DNA of 64,000 bases from Azolla caroliniana (lineage: Eukaryota > Plantae > Polypodiophyta): contig JBHGNT010000005.1 of assembly GCA_043228905.1 (NCBI GenBank), forward strand, positions 17,174,001 to 17,238,000. The letters are read 5' to 3'. The number at the start of each line of letters is the position of its first letter. Within the stretch, counting starts at the first letter, position 1. A program made the translations under genes and the position numbers. Shown in pieces: positions 25,701-38,620 of the stretch. The notes beneath the pieces were generated by a model that was not told the DNA's origin, ran no database searches, and saw only the letters and a program-made list of their open reading frames with translations.

Positions 25701-28700
25701 GAGCGTTTTGTTCGTCGACTCAGCTAGCCCGTTTGCTTGCGGATAGTACGGTGTGCTTCGTTTATGTACTACCGCATAGAACGTCGTCAAACTTTCTACC
25801 ACCTGTCCAAGAAAGTGCCCTCCTTGGTCGCTTATCAGCTCTATGGGGCATCCGTACCAGCACCAAATGCATTCGTATAAGAATTTCACCGTTGACGCCG
25901 CGGTGTTGTCTCGTAGGGCTTTCGCTTCCACCCAGTTAGTGCAGTAATCCGTCGCGACGATCACGTACCTGTTGCCAGTTCTCATTGCTGGTGGTTTAAA
26001 TGGCCTGACAAAATCCAGCCCCCATTTCTGGAATGGTTCTAGTGGTAGGACTAGCTGATGCGGCATCCTAGCTTGTTCCGTTGGTTGGCCCATTCGCTGG
26101 CATAGATCACACTCTTTCGCATACCGGACTGCATCTTTCAATGTCGTCGGCCACCATAGGCCACTTTGCCATACTTGCCGTCGCATCTCCGGCATAATGG
26201 CCTCCGGCGACTCCGCATTGTGCTTCCCGTAGTATTACCTCCTTGTCGTCGTTGCGCACTGATCGTCTCCAGATACCGTCCGCACCTTTGTGGTATAGCG
26301 TCCTGTAATAAACATAAGTGTCGGCTTTGTACCGCTAGGCGCTTCCTCTCATCCCAGTTCATCTCCTCCGACGGCAATCCGGTACTCAAAAACTGGTGCA
26401 TATTAGTTAGCCACTTATCTTCTTGTGCCACCGTTTCATCCGTTGCCATTTTTGTGGTGACTCAAAAAAGCTCTGCATCCGGAAACTCGTCCGGTACTCC
26501 GTCACCCGTTTTGTTGGAATCTAACCAGCTTAGATAATCTGCTACCGCATGCTGTATGCCGGGTCGGTGGAATATCTTGAATTTGAACTCCTACAACAGC
26601 AAGGTCTACCGGGCCAACTTACCAGTAAGTGACGCTTTGGATACTAGGTAGAGGAGTGCCGAATGATCTACATGGAAGGAGAACTTTCTTCCCAATAAAT
26701 AATGCCTGAATTTTGTTACACTGTAGATCATTCTTAAAGCTTCCCTTTCTATGGTAGAATAATTCCGTTCCGCTTGGGATAGCTTCCGGCTGGCATAATA
26801 CACTGGCCGGTACCACCTTGGCTCCGTAAGCTGCATGAGCGCGCTGCCGATTGCGATGTCGGAGGCGTCCACGAACACATGAAACTTTTTACTCCAATAC
26901 GGAGGCTGCACTACGGTAACTGGTGCTTGTGACAATAACACCTTTAGTGCCCGGTATGCCTTGTCTTCGATGTTGGTCCATTGGAACGGTGTTCGATGTA
27001 CTGCCGCATGCCGAGGTGTAGCCATGTCTACCAAATATCGGAGCATACGACTATGCCAGCGGATTTGTCCTAGGAAACGACTCAATGCCTTTGCCGTTGC
27101 GGGTGCCGGTGCTTCCAGGATTGCTTTCACTTTGTCCGGATCTACAGCAATGCCTTCCTTGCTCACTATATGCCCTAGTAGCGTTCCGCTGGACACTCCA
27201 AATACACACTTCGCCGGATTCAGGCTTAGCCGGTACGCCCTACACTTCTCTAGACATAGTCTGAGATGCTGCAAATGATCTTCTTCTCTGCTATAGACAA
27301 CAAAGTCGTCAAGGAACACTTGCATAAAAGCCAGTATGTATTCGCCAAAGATCTCCATGATGATCCGTTGGAATGTTGCTGGTGCCGTTTTCAGCCCGAA
27401 CATCATCACCACCGCAACAAACACTCCCCATTCGGTGACGAAAACCGTTTTCTCTTGATCCTCAGGGTGCATCCAGATCTGATTATACCCGCTGAATCCG
27501 TCTAAGAAACTGTAGACTTTATGGCTGGAGACGGCATCCAAAACTCCATCCGTAAACGGAAGTGGAAATGCATCCGTTACCGTTGCCGCATTAAGCTTCT
27601 GGTAGTTGACACAAACTCTAATTTTGCCGTTCTTTTTTGGTACAACTACGATCAGGCTCAGCCATGTAGATTTCTTTACGGGACGGATGAAGCCAACCCT
27701 CAGCAATTTGTCGATCTCCTCCTTGACTTTGGCGGCGTACTTTGGGTTCATTCGGTACCGACGCTGTGCTACCGGCTTGGCGTCTTTGCTCAGATGTATC
27801 TGGTGCTGATACAACTGAGGATCCAGCCCTCTCATATCCTCGTAAGACCAGGCAAATACGTCGCGAAACTCGTTGAGGAGTGTAATTATAGCCGTTTTGT
27901 TCTCTGCATTCATTTCTTTGGCAATCTGCACCGGTTTTGCCTCCTCCGCCGTTCCTAGATTTACCTCTTCTAATTGGGACGCTTTTACGCGCTGGGATAC
28001 GGCCATTTCCCTTTCCAACGCCTCATGCGCATGCCGTAACTCCCGGATTGCTTCTTTATCCGGTTCCGTCCGGTTGCAGTAAGTAGGGTGATACCGCTTC
28101 GGCGACGTCAATTTCGAATAGGGGTACAATCTTCGGGTTCTCCAGCAAGTACTGCTCTTCTTCTTCGTCTGCTAATCCTTCCAGCATATTGACACACTTC
28201 GCATATAACGGTGTCAGATCCTTGCCGGTGCCCTTCCTTGGTTGTGTTGGTACCCGTACCTTCGCTTTTCCCCGTCAGAACGTAATCATATTCCTCCTCC
28301 AGTTCTGCTTGATATGTGCCGTCTTTAACCAAGGGCGTCCCAACAATAATGGGCACGCTCCTTGAGCCTGCAACTGGAGAACTACGGCTGATGGCCCCCG
28401 ATGGTTACTTCCAAGTTCCGTATTAATCTAGTCGGTCGCACCGAGCTTGTGTCCGCCATTTGGAGCCAGAATGGACATGGCTCCCACTCTTGGATTCCAA
28501 GAGCATCGCACGTCCGGAGGCTTATTACATTAACGTCAGAGCCTCCGTCTATTATCGTGTAGGGGAGTTCTTTCCCTTTCACAATGGCCGTAACTGCCGA
28601 ACTGTTGGTGTCCACCACCGCCGGTCCCTCCTCCAAATTTGAGAAGAATGCCGGAGCCGGTGGTGTTCCGCCTGTCATCATGCTGGACTTGAGTCCTTCT

Positions 28701-31439
28701 GTGAATCTTGGTACTAGCTGCAAGAGTCATCCTAATGGCAGCGTGATTTGGCATTCCTGCAATACCTACCATGTCGCGTTTTCGGACTGACTGCCGTCGG
28801 CAAGCTCTTCGGTGTTCTCCTTCTGTTGCGCGAGTTCTGCTACGTTTTGCTCATTGGCCTTTTTCACCCATTCTGTTGCCTGTTTCCGGATGGCCTCTTG
28901 TTTCTCCCATTCCGTAGTCTTCCCCTTTGACCTTGTGGTGACCTGCTGGAGGTCTGCGACTTCGGCGACTACCATGTTTACTGCCGGTCGCTTATCATAG
29001 CTTTTTGTCGGACATTGATTACTATAATGTCCTTCTTGCCGGCAATAATAACAATATGCTTTCCCGGTGTTGCTGGATTCGGCATTGTTTCCTGTACCCG
29101 GTGGAGGACTTGTGGTAACCGCGAGGCTCTGGTCCGGTTGGCTGCTTGAGGCGCCTTTTTCCGGTTCACGTGGGTGGCTCCCGTTTTTGAAATGCCATTT
29201 TTTATTAAAGTTCTTTTTGTTGCAGTACCCTTGCCGGGGTTGGTCGTCATACCTCCCGTAATCTTCCCGTCGTTGGTGATACCCGGGGGAGTGATCCCGG
29301 TTGTGATGCTCGTACCGTCCATTGTAATCTCGGTACTTGTCATATCTCTTGTACCGGTCATAGTTGTCTCGCCGATTGTCGTACCGGACATCTTGTGGCG
29401 GTCGATATCGCTCCTCTCGTCGCCAACGTTCGTCTTCTTCGTCTCGGCTGCTACGTGGCTCGATTTGCCGGACTGGTGGGGCTTGCCGATTCAATAAGTT
29501 ATATTCGCACTGGTCCATCGTGTGGCTCGTAGATTGGCAGAGTAAGCAGTGCATCCGCATGGTGCACTCCAGTGACGAGTGTCTGGAATTCAAGCAGGTC
29601 GTGCATTGGATTGCTTGCCGGAAATGGAGATCCTCATCGGTTGGTAATGCTCGTCGGAGGGCTCCCATTGTTAGCGAAGAGCTCGTTTTCTCCATTTCTC
29701 TAACCCGGTCGATGACCTGGTCGACGATGCTTGTGCGAAAGTCGATGACCGTGCATACTGTTCGTAGAGGTTCCCAGAGCGCGACTAAAAATATAGCCCA
29801 CGTTTCTTCCTCCGGAGGTGCGCAGGTAAGCTGACTGTGCATCCGTTGAAACCAGATGACAAACTGTGGGATGCTCTCCCCGGGGTCCTGCCGAATTGTA
29901 TAAAATAAGCCCACCATTTCTCGCTGATCCACCTCCTTCTGGAAGAAGTGCAAGAATTTGTCTTTCAGGTCCGCAAATGTGGTGATGGTACTCCGATCCT
30001 GCGTCCGATGCCATCTGGCGGCCGATCCTTCCAATGTCACGCCGAATTCAGCTATCTTAGATCGTTCCTCTTCTGCCGCGGTTAACCGTTGTGACACATG
30101 GTTCGCTTCCCATGTTTGTTCAAACGCGTGAACATGAGCCTCCGCGTCCGGGTCATCCCGATAATTGGAATACTGGAACTACATGTCTTCATCCGTTGTC
30201 GGTACGCGGGCTGGCGGTGTCAATGGTCTTTCCTCTTGTTCCGTCGGCGTCTGAGGTCATTGTCGGTCTTCCTTTGGTGTTGTCGGCTCGACTTCCGGTG
30301 TTGGAGGTTTTTGCCGGTGCACTTCTGTCTCCGGAGGTTGCTCCACGACGAGTGTCGGAGGTTCCCGGTCTGCCCACTCTGGTTCCGATATCGGTAAGGT
30401 ATCCAACTCCTTGTCCTCCGGTCCTCCTGGGGTGTCGTTACTGCTGCGATAGTTCGTATGCGCGCTGTAACCCCCTTCCGAATCTGATTTCAGCGCTAAA
30501 AATGCTTCGGATTCGCCTTCTCTTCCGGCCAAGGCCTAGAGAAGGGTTTCCGCTTCTCGGAGGCTGCTTAAGCTGCTGCCTTCGTCCGGGTAGGTGTTTT
30601 GTTGCAGACAGAGCGACTCCTCCGCCACTTTCCGGATCACTTTGGAGAATGATCGATCCGTTCAGATTTCTTCCGCTGCTTGCTAGAAAGCCTCTCGCCG
30701 CCGTCTCCGTTCAGCAAGTCTTCGTGCTCTCTCCGTAACCGGGTCATTTGTTGGCCTAGTCATCCATTCCTACCACTGTTCACTGCGATTATGCAGGAAT
30801 CGTGGTCGCCAAAAACTGTGTTATTGCTAGGGCCGGACAACAGCCTAACACAGGGTGTCCACTTAAGACACATCACCAAAGGGTGGTACGGTAGAATGAC
30901 TTACGCCACAACGCTTAATTAGACCTTAATCGATTACTTAGCCATCCGTAATTAACACCCGTAAGATCTAACAATGAATACAGAACAGTAATCAACACTG
31001 GAAGATTAAGACAATAAGCTTTATTAATTATCCGCTCCTCATTACATTGTAATAGGGCCTTTATATAGGTCTCCGGTGCGAAATACAAAACGGTGCCAAC
31101 CGGCACCTTTATGGGATTGTTCCGGATTCGGATCGGCATACCGATTCCGGTCCGTCCGTCCACATCTTCTCATATATTACTATATATTTTAAGACTACTA
31201 ATTACATTGTAACAGGGCCTTTATATAGGTCTCCGGTGCGAAATACAAAACGGTGCCAACCGGCACCTTTATGGGATCGTTCCGGATTCGGATCGGCATA
31301 CCGATTCCGGTCCGTCCGTCCACATCTTCTCATATATTACTATATATTTTAAGACTACTAATTACAACAGTTCCCGAATAAACTATTCCTTTCACACTCT
31401 GGTTTGGACCTCCTTAAGCCTTCTTGCCGACCGGTAACA
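22704..31439 (-). mobile_element. LTR retrotransposon C: Ty3/gypsy OTA-superclade (Athila/Tat-like), 3'-truncated, with extra ORF
   Basis: 5' LTR ~30819-31439 (TGTTA..TAACA); PBS TGGCGACCAC (Arg type) 30811-30802; gag with CCHC 30097-28766; PR IIDGGS ~28570; RT-RH 28129-26606; INT 26449-25326; extra ORF remnants 24560-22704; no 3' LTR. Confidence 0.9.
31041..31360. repeat. 160-bp direct tandem duplication inside the LTR of C
   Basis: 31041-31200 and 31201-31360 are near-identical (2 differences seen). Confidence 0.95.
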
Positions 31440-34400
31440 ATTTGTCCTGCTTGTCCTTTCTCGCCACTACGCGGACTGGAACGCCGCCTCGCTTCTTTGG
31501 GAGCTTCCATATACTTCCGTTCCGTAGGAAGAATCGATATGCTTTCTTCTGGATCCGGTTAGCCTCCTCTCTGGTCCATGCCGCGTTCGGCGTCATTGTC
31601 CTAAGGAACCTTCCAATCTGGTGCCACTCCCCGTCGTACTCGCTCTCGTGGAACTCATTAAGCGCCGGAGTGCTCCCTGCCCTTGTCGCTACGTGAGCTG
31701 ACTCGAAGAAGTCTATGCCGACTTCTTCGTCCTCCAAAACCATGTCGTTCTCGTCATCGAACCGCACTCTAGAAAGCATATCGGCCATGGTGTTATCCTT
31801 TCTAGAGATGCGTCGTATCTCCGGATCCCAGGACTTAATGTACGCAATCCACCTGAGCATTGCTAGGTCCGGAGTCGTGCATCCGGAAACCATACCGAGG
31901 ATCGGTAGGCAGTCCGTCTTGATGATTACTTCTGTCTCGATCAAGTACCCCACAGTTCGCGCTTGACGCCGAAACGATACCCCACAGTTCGCGCTTAACT
32001 TAGACGTATCCTCGATGTCGCTCACTGAGAACCTTCGCCCCGAACCGGATCATGAACCGCGTGTCGCTCTCGTCCTCCTGATTGATCACCCACCCTATCT
32101 TGGTCGGGTTCGTATCTACGATTACATAGATTGGGGACTCCTTGTCGTAAACCGCTTTCCGGAGAGATGGTGCCGCAGTAAGCACCTCCTTCAGTCTCCG
32201 AATCGACTCTGTATGCTCCTTGCCCCATTCGAATTTACGCCCCTTTCTCAGCAGCCCATAGAGTGGATCCGCGATGTGTGCGTAGTGCGGAATCCAGATG
32301 TGATAGAATGCACATGCTCCCAAGAACCTCTAGACCTTTGTAACCGACCCGCAATCGTCCTTCATCGCGGACATGGCCTTCACCTTCGCCGGAGACGGTT
32401 TCTGGCCGTAAGGCCCGCACAAGTGCCCGACGACTAGGATCTCCGACTTCCCGAAAGTTGACTTCTCTCTGAAGAAGGTGAGCCGCGCACTCTCAAGTCT
32501 TTGTAGCACCTTCTCGCAGTCGTTGATGTGGTCCACGATGAATTTCCGGCATCCGTCTGGCCCGATCGATTCGTCTGTATTCCCTACCGGACATCCCTTG
32601 ATCGAGATGTTGTCCAAGAATGACATGGTGATGTCCAAGACGTAGTCCCTCAGTACCTTGTTCATCGTATTCACCATGTGCGCCACTGAGTTGGTCCCTC
32701 CCTGCGGCAGGGTACATATCCGCACTAGGCCGAGAGGAGTCCGCATCGTCGTGATATCCCTGCTCTCTACGGCTAGTTGGAACTGGTCATACCCTAAATA
32801 TAAATCACCGACCGAATAGATTGAGCTTCCAGCGAAGGCCTCTGCGAACTCGCCGATTGTCGGTCCGATACCTATGTTTCGAATGGTCACCTTGTTGACC
32901 GGCTGCAGGTCCTGTATGACGCGTAACGTGCCGTTCTTTTTCAGCAAGGTGAACCACCAATTCGAATACGGGGCACTCGACGACTCGAGGATGCCCATCT
33001 CCACTTTCTGTTTCAACAGCTCCATCAACTTCGGGACGTGAGCTCTGGGTACCGGGATTGGTTTGAGATTCCATGGCACATGCGGCACCGAAAATATCAC
33101 CATCAGTTCTACAATTGTTGGGTCTACGCACCTGATCTCCTACGATGAGAATGCGAAGGCCTTCCTGTGCCTTTTGAGCATCCTCCGCCGACAGTAGGAA
33201 GCCACCCCCACCAACCTTGAGCTCCCGTAGCATTATGTCGGTGAACCAGTGTCCTATGCCGGCCGAATTCCGCAAACTTGGGTCGGATGCGACCCCTTCC
33301 ATCCGCTCCATGCTGCCCTCCGGCAAGGGAGCCGCGACTGGCCTCACCTTCCGGTCTACAATCTTGTACCTTGTATCCACGCGAGTCGTTCGGTCCGACT
33401 CGACCCTTTCTACAAAGTCAGCAATGACTTCGTACATCTCCACCGAGCTAACCGGAATCGTCCGGTCTTCACTAAGGCCTTCTTCGACCACACCGCGTAA
33501 TTCCCCCAAGGTGTCATCAAAGGAGACCACCTCCATGGCGCCGCCAATCTCTTCACCAGGGCCGAGGACACTGCTTCTTTTCCCGGCCGCCCGCTTCTTT
33601 TCCCGGCCGTTGATGTCGGCTATAGTACAACCTCCGTTATCGGGGAACCAACATTTCCTATCTATGGTACATGTGTGGGGTTTCTCCGGGGTGTTCGGAC
33701 TACCGCGGCCCCACGCCTTGATAGCCCTCTCCAAAAATCCCCTCGGCTATCACCGTTGAGGGTCTCGCGGTTACGCTCATGATTCGGCCTCACCGTCAGA
33801 AATTCAACGGAGCGTTGCCTGTCCTGGCTCTTCACACGCGCATATGCCGAACCGTTGTCTAGCACCTTCGTTTCTATGCGTGCCGCCGTAATGTACAGTT
33901 CGCCGAGTATAACTGGGTGTGAGGATGTCTCCTGCACGAAGAAGTGTTGATCTATCTCGACGTCGCCGATCTTTATGCGTACATTCAGGCATGCACCATG
34001 CAGCTCCTCCGTAGTGCACGTCGTCGCGCGTATCTTCCACCCGTGCTTGGTGTTGATAAGCCATTTCCCTTTCTTATAGAAATCCATGGACATCAGGTTG
34101 ATTTCAGATCCATGGTCTATCAATGCCACCACTAGCTCCAGAACATTCCCGATTCGAACAGGGGTCTCCGTAGTGGCTCTGGCCCAATGCAACTTTGAAT
34201 AGTGGTTGTCCGCCAACTTGTCCTCTAGGGCCGTGTCTTCTAGGCGTGTTGTCTGCACCTCCACAAGCTTCTCCGGTTCCGGCTCCGTCGAGAGCCGCTT
34301 ACTCTTTACCAAGTCTACAATGGAGTCGTGGAACTCCTTGGCAATCCCAAGTACCTCCCGTAATGACAACTCCACCTTGTTGTCGAGGATCCGTTCCTCA

Positions 34401-36493
34401 AGGACCTTTCGTAGGTCCGTCGATCGCTCGATTTCGGTGCTCAGCCGGAAGCCGGCCTGCTTCTTTCTATCTGGCGCGCCGATGTTGGCGGCATCGTTCG
34501 GCTTCGGTCCGAACTGGGTCTCATACCATTGTGAGGGACCGGACCCTCCAGCCTTTCCCGCGCGCTTGTCTTCTACCAGAACCTCGTAGTTTTGGCATGC
34601 GGCTTCCACGAAGCCGGTCTTCTCTTCAACCGGATCGTCCCACCTGGTGACCTCCCGAATCCGTTGCTCCGCGTGGTCCGCTTCCTCTTTCCTCAGCCGA
34701 ACCCTGGAGAGACCTTCTAGCACTAGCGGCCAGAATCCGGAGTCTTTCGCCTTCCGGTCCTCGTCGCCCCTGACCCGGATACCCACCGACGCAGAGTAGT
34801 GGACGGCCTCTACGTGTCGCGTCGCAGCTTCCTCCATCAACCGCTTCATTCCGCCGCGCCCGATATTCAACTCCAAGGCTTTCCGAGTCTCGCTCGCATG
34901 TACCCGCCCATTCCAGAGGTACACCACATTAGTCTTGAGTGGTTCTGCAAAATACGTGCACTCCTTCCATATGTGACCGACCGCGTCACACCACATGCAT
35001 CGTTGCCCTGCCGGCAGCCTCCGGTCATGAGGTTGTTCGTCGTTGTCTCTCCGGGTCTGCACGACCTGGAGATCCCGCACCATTTGTGTAAACTCTTCTA
35101 GAGCTAATCCCCAAGAGAGACCCTTGATCGCGTCGAACGGGCCCGCACCTGACTCCAGCCAAGTTCGAGTCTCATTTTTCCTTACTGATGTCGGCTCCTC
35201 GAACTCCCTTGTCGGGACCGGCCTTGCTACTGGTGATCCCTCGCCACTCCATTCACACCCCGTTTGTCGAAACGACTACAGACTTGTTTCACCGCGGCCC
35301 AGTCTGTCGTGAGCCCTTCGTTCGTCTCCAATAGGAGACCCACTTTCTCCCGGTCCAATGTGTCCACCGCTTTGATGAACAACAGGACCTGGCTCGTGTC
35401 AAGCACAGTTCGGTCCAACGTCGACAACCGAGCGAACCGTTTTTCAAACTCCTAGAGGAGCGCAGACGTGTTCCTCGCCTTTTCGGGGGTCTCCACCCAC
35501 TCCATGAACTCTCGCTTTGATAGCTGAAACGAGTCATCGAGCCCGTATTTCTCGAGGATCCAACCTTCAAACTCTCCCCAGGTCCGACACCCAGCTTGTA
35601 CCTCGAACACCTCTGCGTGAATGCTTGGCATCACCACCCGAGGGAAACCGGCCAACCACCTATCTTTCGGAATTTCCCTCATCACCATTTCGGCCCGATA
35701 GGCCTCCAAATAACTCGTGGCGTTCCTACCATTGAACCGGCCTATCACGCTGTCGTGAAGAAAACCGCCCACAAGAGGAATCGGAGGAACAAGGCGTGGT
35801 AAACGGCTCTACACACACACGAGCGCCAAGAAGTACCTAAGGACGAAGTAGGTACATACGAGGATCCTAGGTGGGTAGATTCGGTTGGTATGCAGTTAAT
35901 GCCAAACGGCCTCTTGACGGGCTATAAAAGGAAGAGGGAGAATAGAAGTGGGGGATGCGGGGGGCACGGAGAGGACGAAGTGCTGCCGAACCGATTTCGG
36001 GGCTTCTCTCTCACTCCCGCTTTCTCTGTCTTCAGCTCCATCGCGTACCTGTGCAGGTTTCGAGGAGGCTTGCGCTGTTCCGTGGAACGCCCCGAGTGCG
36101 TCCTGCAGCACCTCAGACCTGTTTTCCCTTTCTGTGCGTCGCGACATACAGGGGTCGGCATCTGTTCGCCGCCCTGTTCGTTTTCGTTAGTATCTATTTC
36201 GTGCCCCACCGTGGGTTGTAATACTTTAGTCTGTTATTTTCTTGCATTCATAAGTACATATCTTCGTTGTTGCGTCCATCTGCGTCGGCGTTTGTTTGTG
36301 ATCTCTGTTTGTTGGGCCGTGTCCCTGTGCAATCTTCGGTTCTGTGTAATCGGGTCTCTCTCTCTCTTACTCCTCTCTCTCTTGCTCTTCGGTCCGAGTC
36401 CCCCGTGGTCCCTCCTCCTTTCTGCATGCAAGGGCGTAGCAACCCCGACATCTTGGTGAACCCGACGTGAAAGAGGCGGCAGAAGAGCAGAAG

Positions 36494-38620
36494 ATGAGGG
36501 GGTCGGATCTCGCAGAGGCCATGGCTTCGGCCGTGGATCGGATTGTAAACGCGCGCGAGATCACCGGTGCCCTCGACAGAGCTATTGAGGCGGTCGTCGG
36601 CACGATCGGCCGGTTCGATGGGAAGGATGCCACGAAGTATTTGGCGTCCTACGGTGCAGAGATGCTGATGCGGGACATTCCGGAAGAAAGGCGTCTTGCC
36701 GGATTTCCCCGGGTGGCGATGCCGAGCATCCATGCGGAGGTGCTCGAGGTGCGGACGGAGAGCCGTACCTGGGAGGAGTTCGAAGGTCGGCTCCTAGAGA
36801 AATACGGGCTGGACGACGCGCTCCGGCTTTCGAAGCGAAGGTTCATGGAATGGGTCGAGTCCCCGGGGAAGGGAAGAAACGCGTCGGCGCTCCTCCGGGA
36901 GTTCGAGGAAAACTTTGCGCGCCTTTCGGCGCTCGACCGAACCATCTTGGACACGAGCCGGGTCTTGCTGTTTGTCAAGTCGGTCGACGAACGGGATCGG
37001 GAGCACGTGGGCCTCTTGCTGGAAACCGAAGACGGGCTCACTACCGACTGGGCGGCTGTCAGGAAGGTCTGTGGCCGTTTCGACAAACGGCGAGAATGGG
37101 CGGATAACGGTGCAACCGGGTCGGGCTCGGTCGCAGCAAGGAAGCTCGAACCAGCGCCACAGGTGCGAAAGGAAGAGACCCGAGAGTGGTTGGATACCGG
37201 TTCGGCTTCGACCGGCGTAGTCAGAGGCTCAACCGGAGGAGCGGCGCTGGAGGAATTGACGAAGGCGATAAAGGACCTCCAAATCGCGCAGGCCCGAAGG
37301 GAAGGAGGCGAACCGGCTCGTGACCGACGGCCGGCGGCAGGAAACAGGTGCATGTGGTGCGATGAGGTCGGCCACATTCGGAAGGACTGCGGCGACTTCG
37401 CGGAGGCGCTGAGGAACAGGGTGGTGTACCTGTGGGAAGGACGGGTGCATGCCAGCGACACCCGAAGGGCCCTGAGCCGAAACGACGGAAAGGGTGGTAT
37501 GAAAAGGTTGATGGAAGAGGCGGCGGCCCGACACGCGGAAACCGTTCACTACTCGGCGTCGGCCGGCATTCGAGTCGGGGGCGGCGAGGCCCGAAGGGAA
37601 AGCAAAGCCGGATTCTGGCCAACGATGCTGGAAGGCCTTGCCGGTGCAAGGCTTAAAGGGGAGGAATCGGACCGTGCGGAGAAACGGGTACGGGAGATGA
37701 CCGGGTGGAGCGACCCGGTCGAGGAAAGGACGGGCTTCGTGGAAGCCGCTTGCCAGAACTACGAGGCTCTGGTAGAAGAGAAGCGGGTGGGGAGACCCGG
37801 GACGACCGGGCCCTCACAACGATACGAGACCCGGTCCGGGCCACGACGGGACGAAGCCGGCGGGGCCGGTACGCAAGATAAACCCCAGAAGGGCGGGTAC
37901 CGTCTGGGGACGGAGATAGAAAGGACCACGGACTTACGAAAGGTCCTGGAGGAACGGATCCTCGACAGCAAGGTGGAGCTGTCGTTACGAGAGGTGCTGG
38001 GAATTGCCAAGAAGGAGTTCCACGACTCCATCGTGGACTTGGTGAAACGGAAGAGGCTGTCGACGGAGACAGAACCGGAAAGACCGGTGGAAGTGCGGAC
38101 GACGCACCTAGACGACATGGCGCTGGGAGACGAGTGGGCGGGAAGCCACTATTCGAGACCGCACTGGGCCCGAGCGACCACGGAAACCCCAGTGAAGATC
38201 GGCGATGTCCAGGAACCGGTGATAGCTTTGGTAGACCACGGATCGGAGATCAATTTGATGTCCATGGACTTCTATAAGAAGGGCAAATGGCCGATCAACA
38301 CCAAGCACGGGTGGAAAATAAGGGCAGCAACGCGCGCCACCGAGGAACTGCACGGGGCCTGTCCGAATGTGCGAGTCAAGATCGGCGACGTCGAGATTGA
38401 CCAGCACTTCTTCGTGCAGGAGTCGTCTTCGCATCCGGTCATTCTGGGAGAGCCGTACATCACGGCGGCGCGAATGGAGACCAAAGTGCTGGACAATGGT
38501 TCGGCCTACGCAAGGGTCAAAAGCCAAGACGGGCGCCATTCGGTCCAGTTTCTGACGGTACGGCCGAACCACGAACGTAACCGCGATTCCCTCGGTTCCG
38601 AAAACCGAGAGGATTTTTAG
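36494..38620 (+). CDS. gag: Element D Gag-protease
   Basis: Open ORF (first ATG 36494); zinc knuckle CMWCDEVGHIRKDC; aspartic protease ALVDHGSEIN..VILGEPY. Confidence 0.93.
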   Translation: MRGSDLAEAMASAVDRIVNAREITGALDRAIEAVVGTIGRFDGKDATKYLASYGAEMLMRDIPEERRLAGFPRVAMPSIHAEVLEVRTESRTWEEFEGRLLEKYGLDDALRLSKRRFMEWVESPGKGRNASALLREFEENFARLSALDRTILDTSRVLLFVKSVDERDREHVGLLLETEDGLTTDWAAVRKVCGRFDKRREWADNGATGSGSVAARKLEPAPQVRKEETREWLDTGSASTGVVRGSTGGAALEELTKAIKDLQIAQARREGGEPARDRRPAAGNRCMWCDEVGHIRKDCGDFAEALRNRVVYLWEGRVHASDTRRALSRNDGKGGMKRLMEEAAARHAETVHYSASAGIRVGGGEARRESKAGFWPTMLEGLAGARLKGEESDRAEKRVREMTGWSDPVEERTGFVEAACQNYEALVEEKRVGRPGTTGPSQRYETRSGPRRDEAGGAGTQDKPQKGGYRLGTEIERTTDLRKVLEERILDSKVELSLREVLGIAKKEFHDSIVDLVKRKRLSTETEPERPVEVRTTHLDDMALGDEWAGSHYSRPHWARATTETPVKIGDVQEPVIALVDHGSEINLMSMDFYKKGKWPINTKHGWKIRAATRATEELHGACPNVRVKIGDVEIDQHFFVQESSSHPVILGEPYITAARMETKVLDNGSAYARVKSQDGRHSVQFLTVRPNHERNRDSLGSENREDF

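Noticed and set aside
31946-31998. Short direct duplication in the RNase H region of B
   Set aside because: Local slippage/repair lesion in a dead element; no functional implication.
36405-36415. Pairing of the U5 CCC(A/T)CC with the PPT
   Set aside because: Variation in D and E runs opposite to what pairing would require.
35890-36459. 189-aa and 249-aa ORFs in the D LTRs
   Set aside because: Identity between copies reflects LTR identity; low-complexity CT-rich translation, absent from the B and E LTRs.
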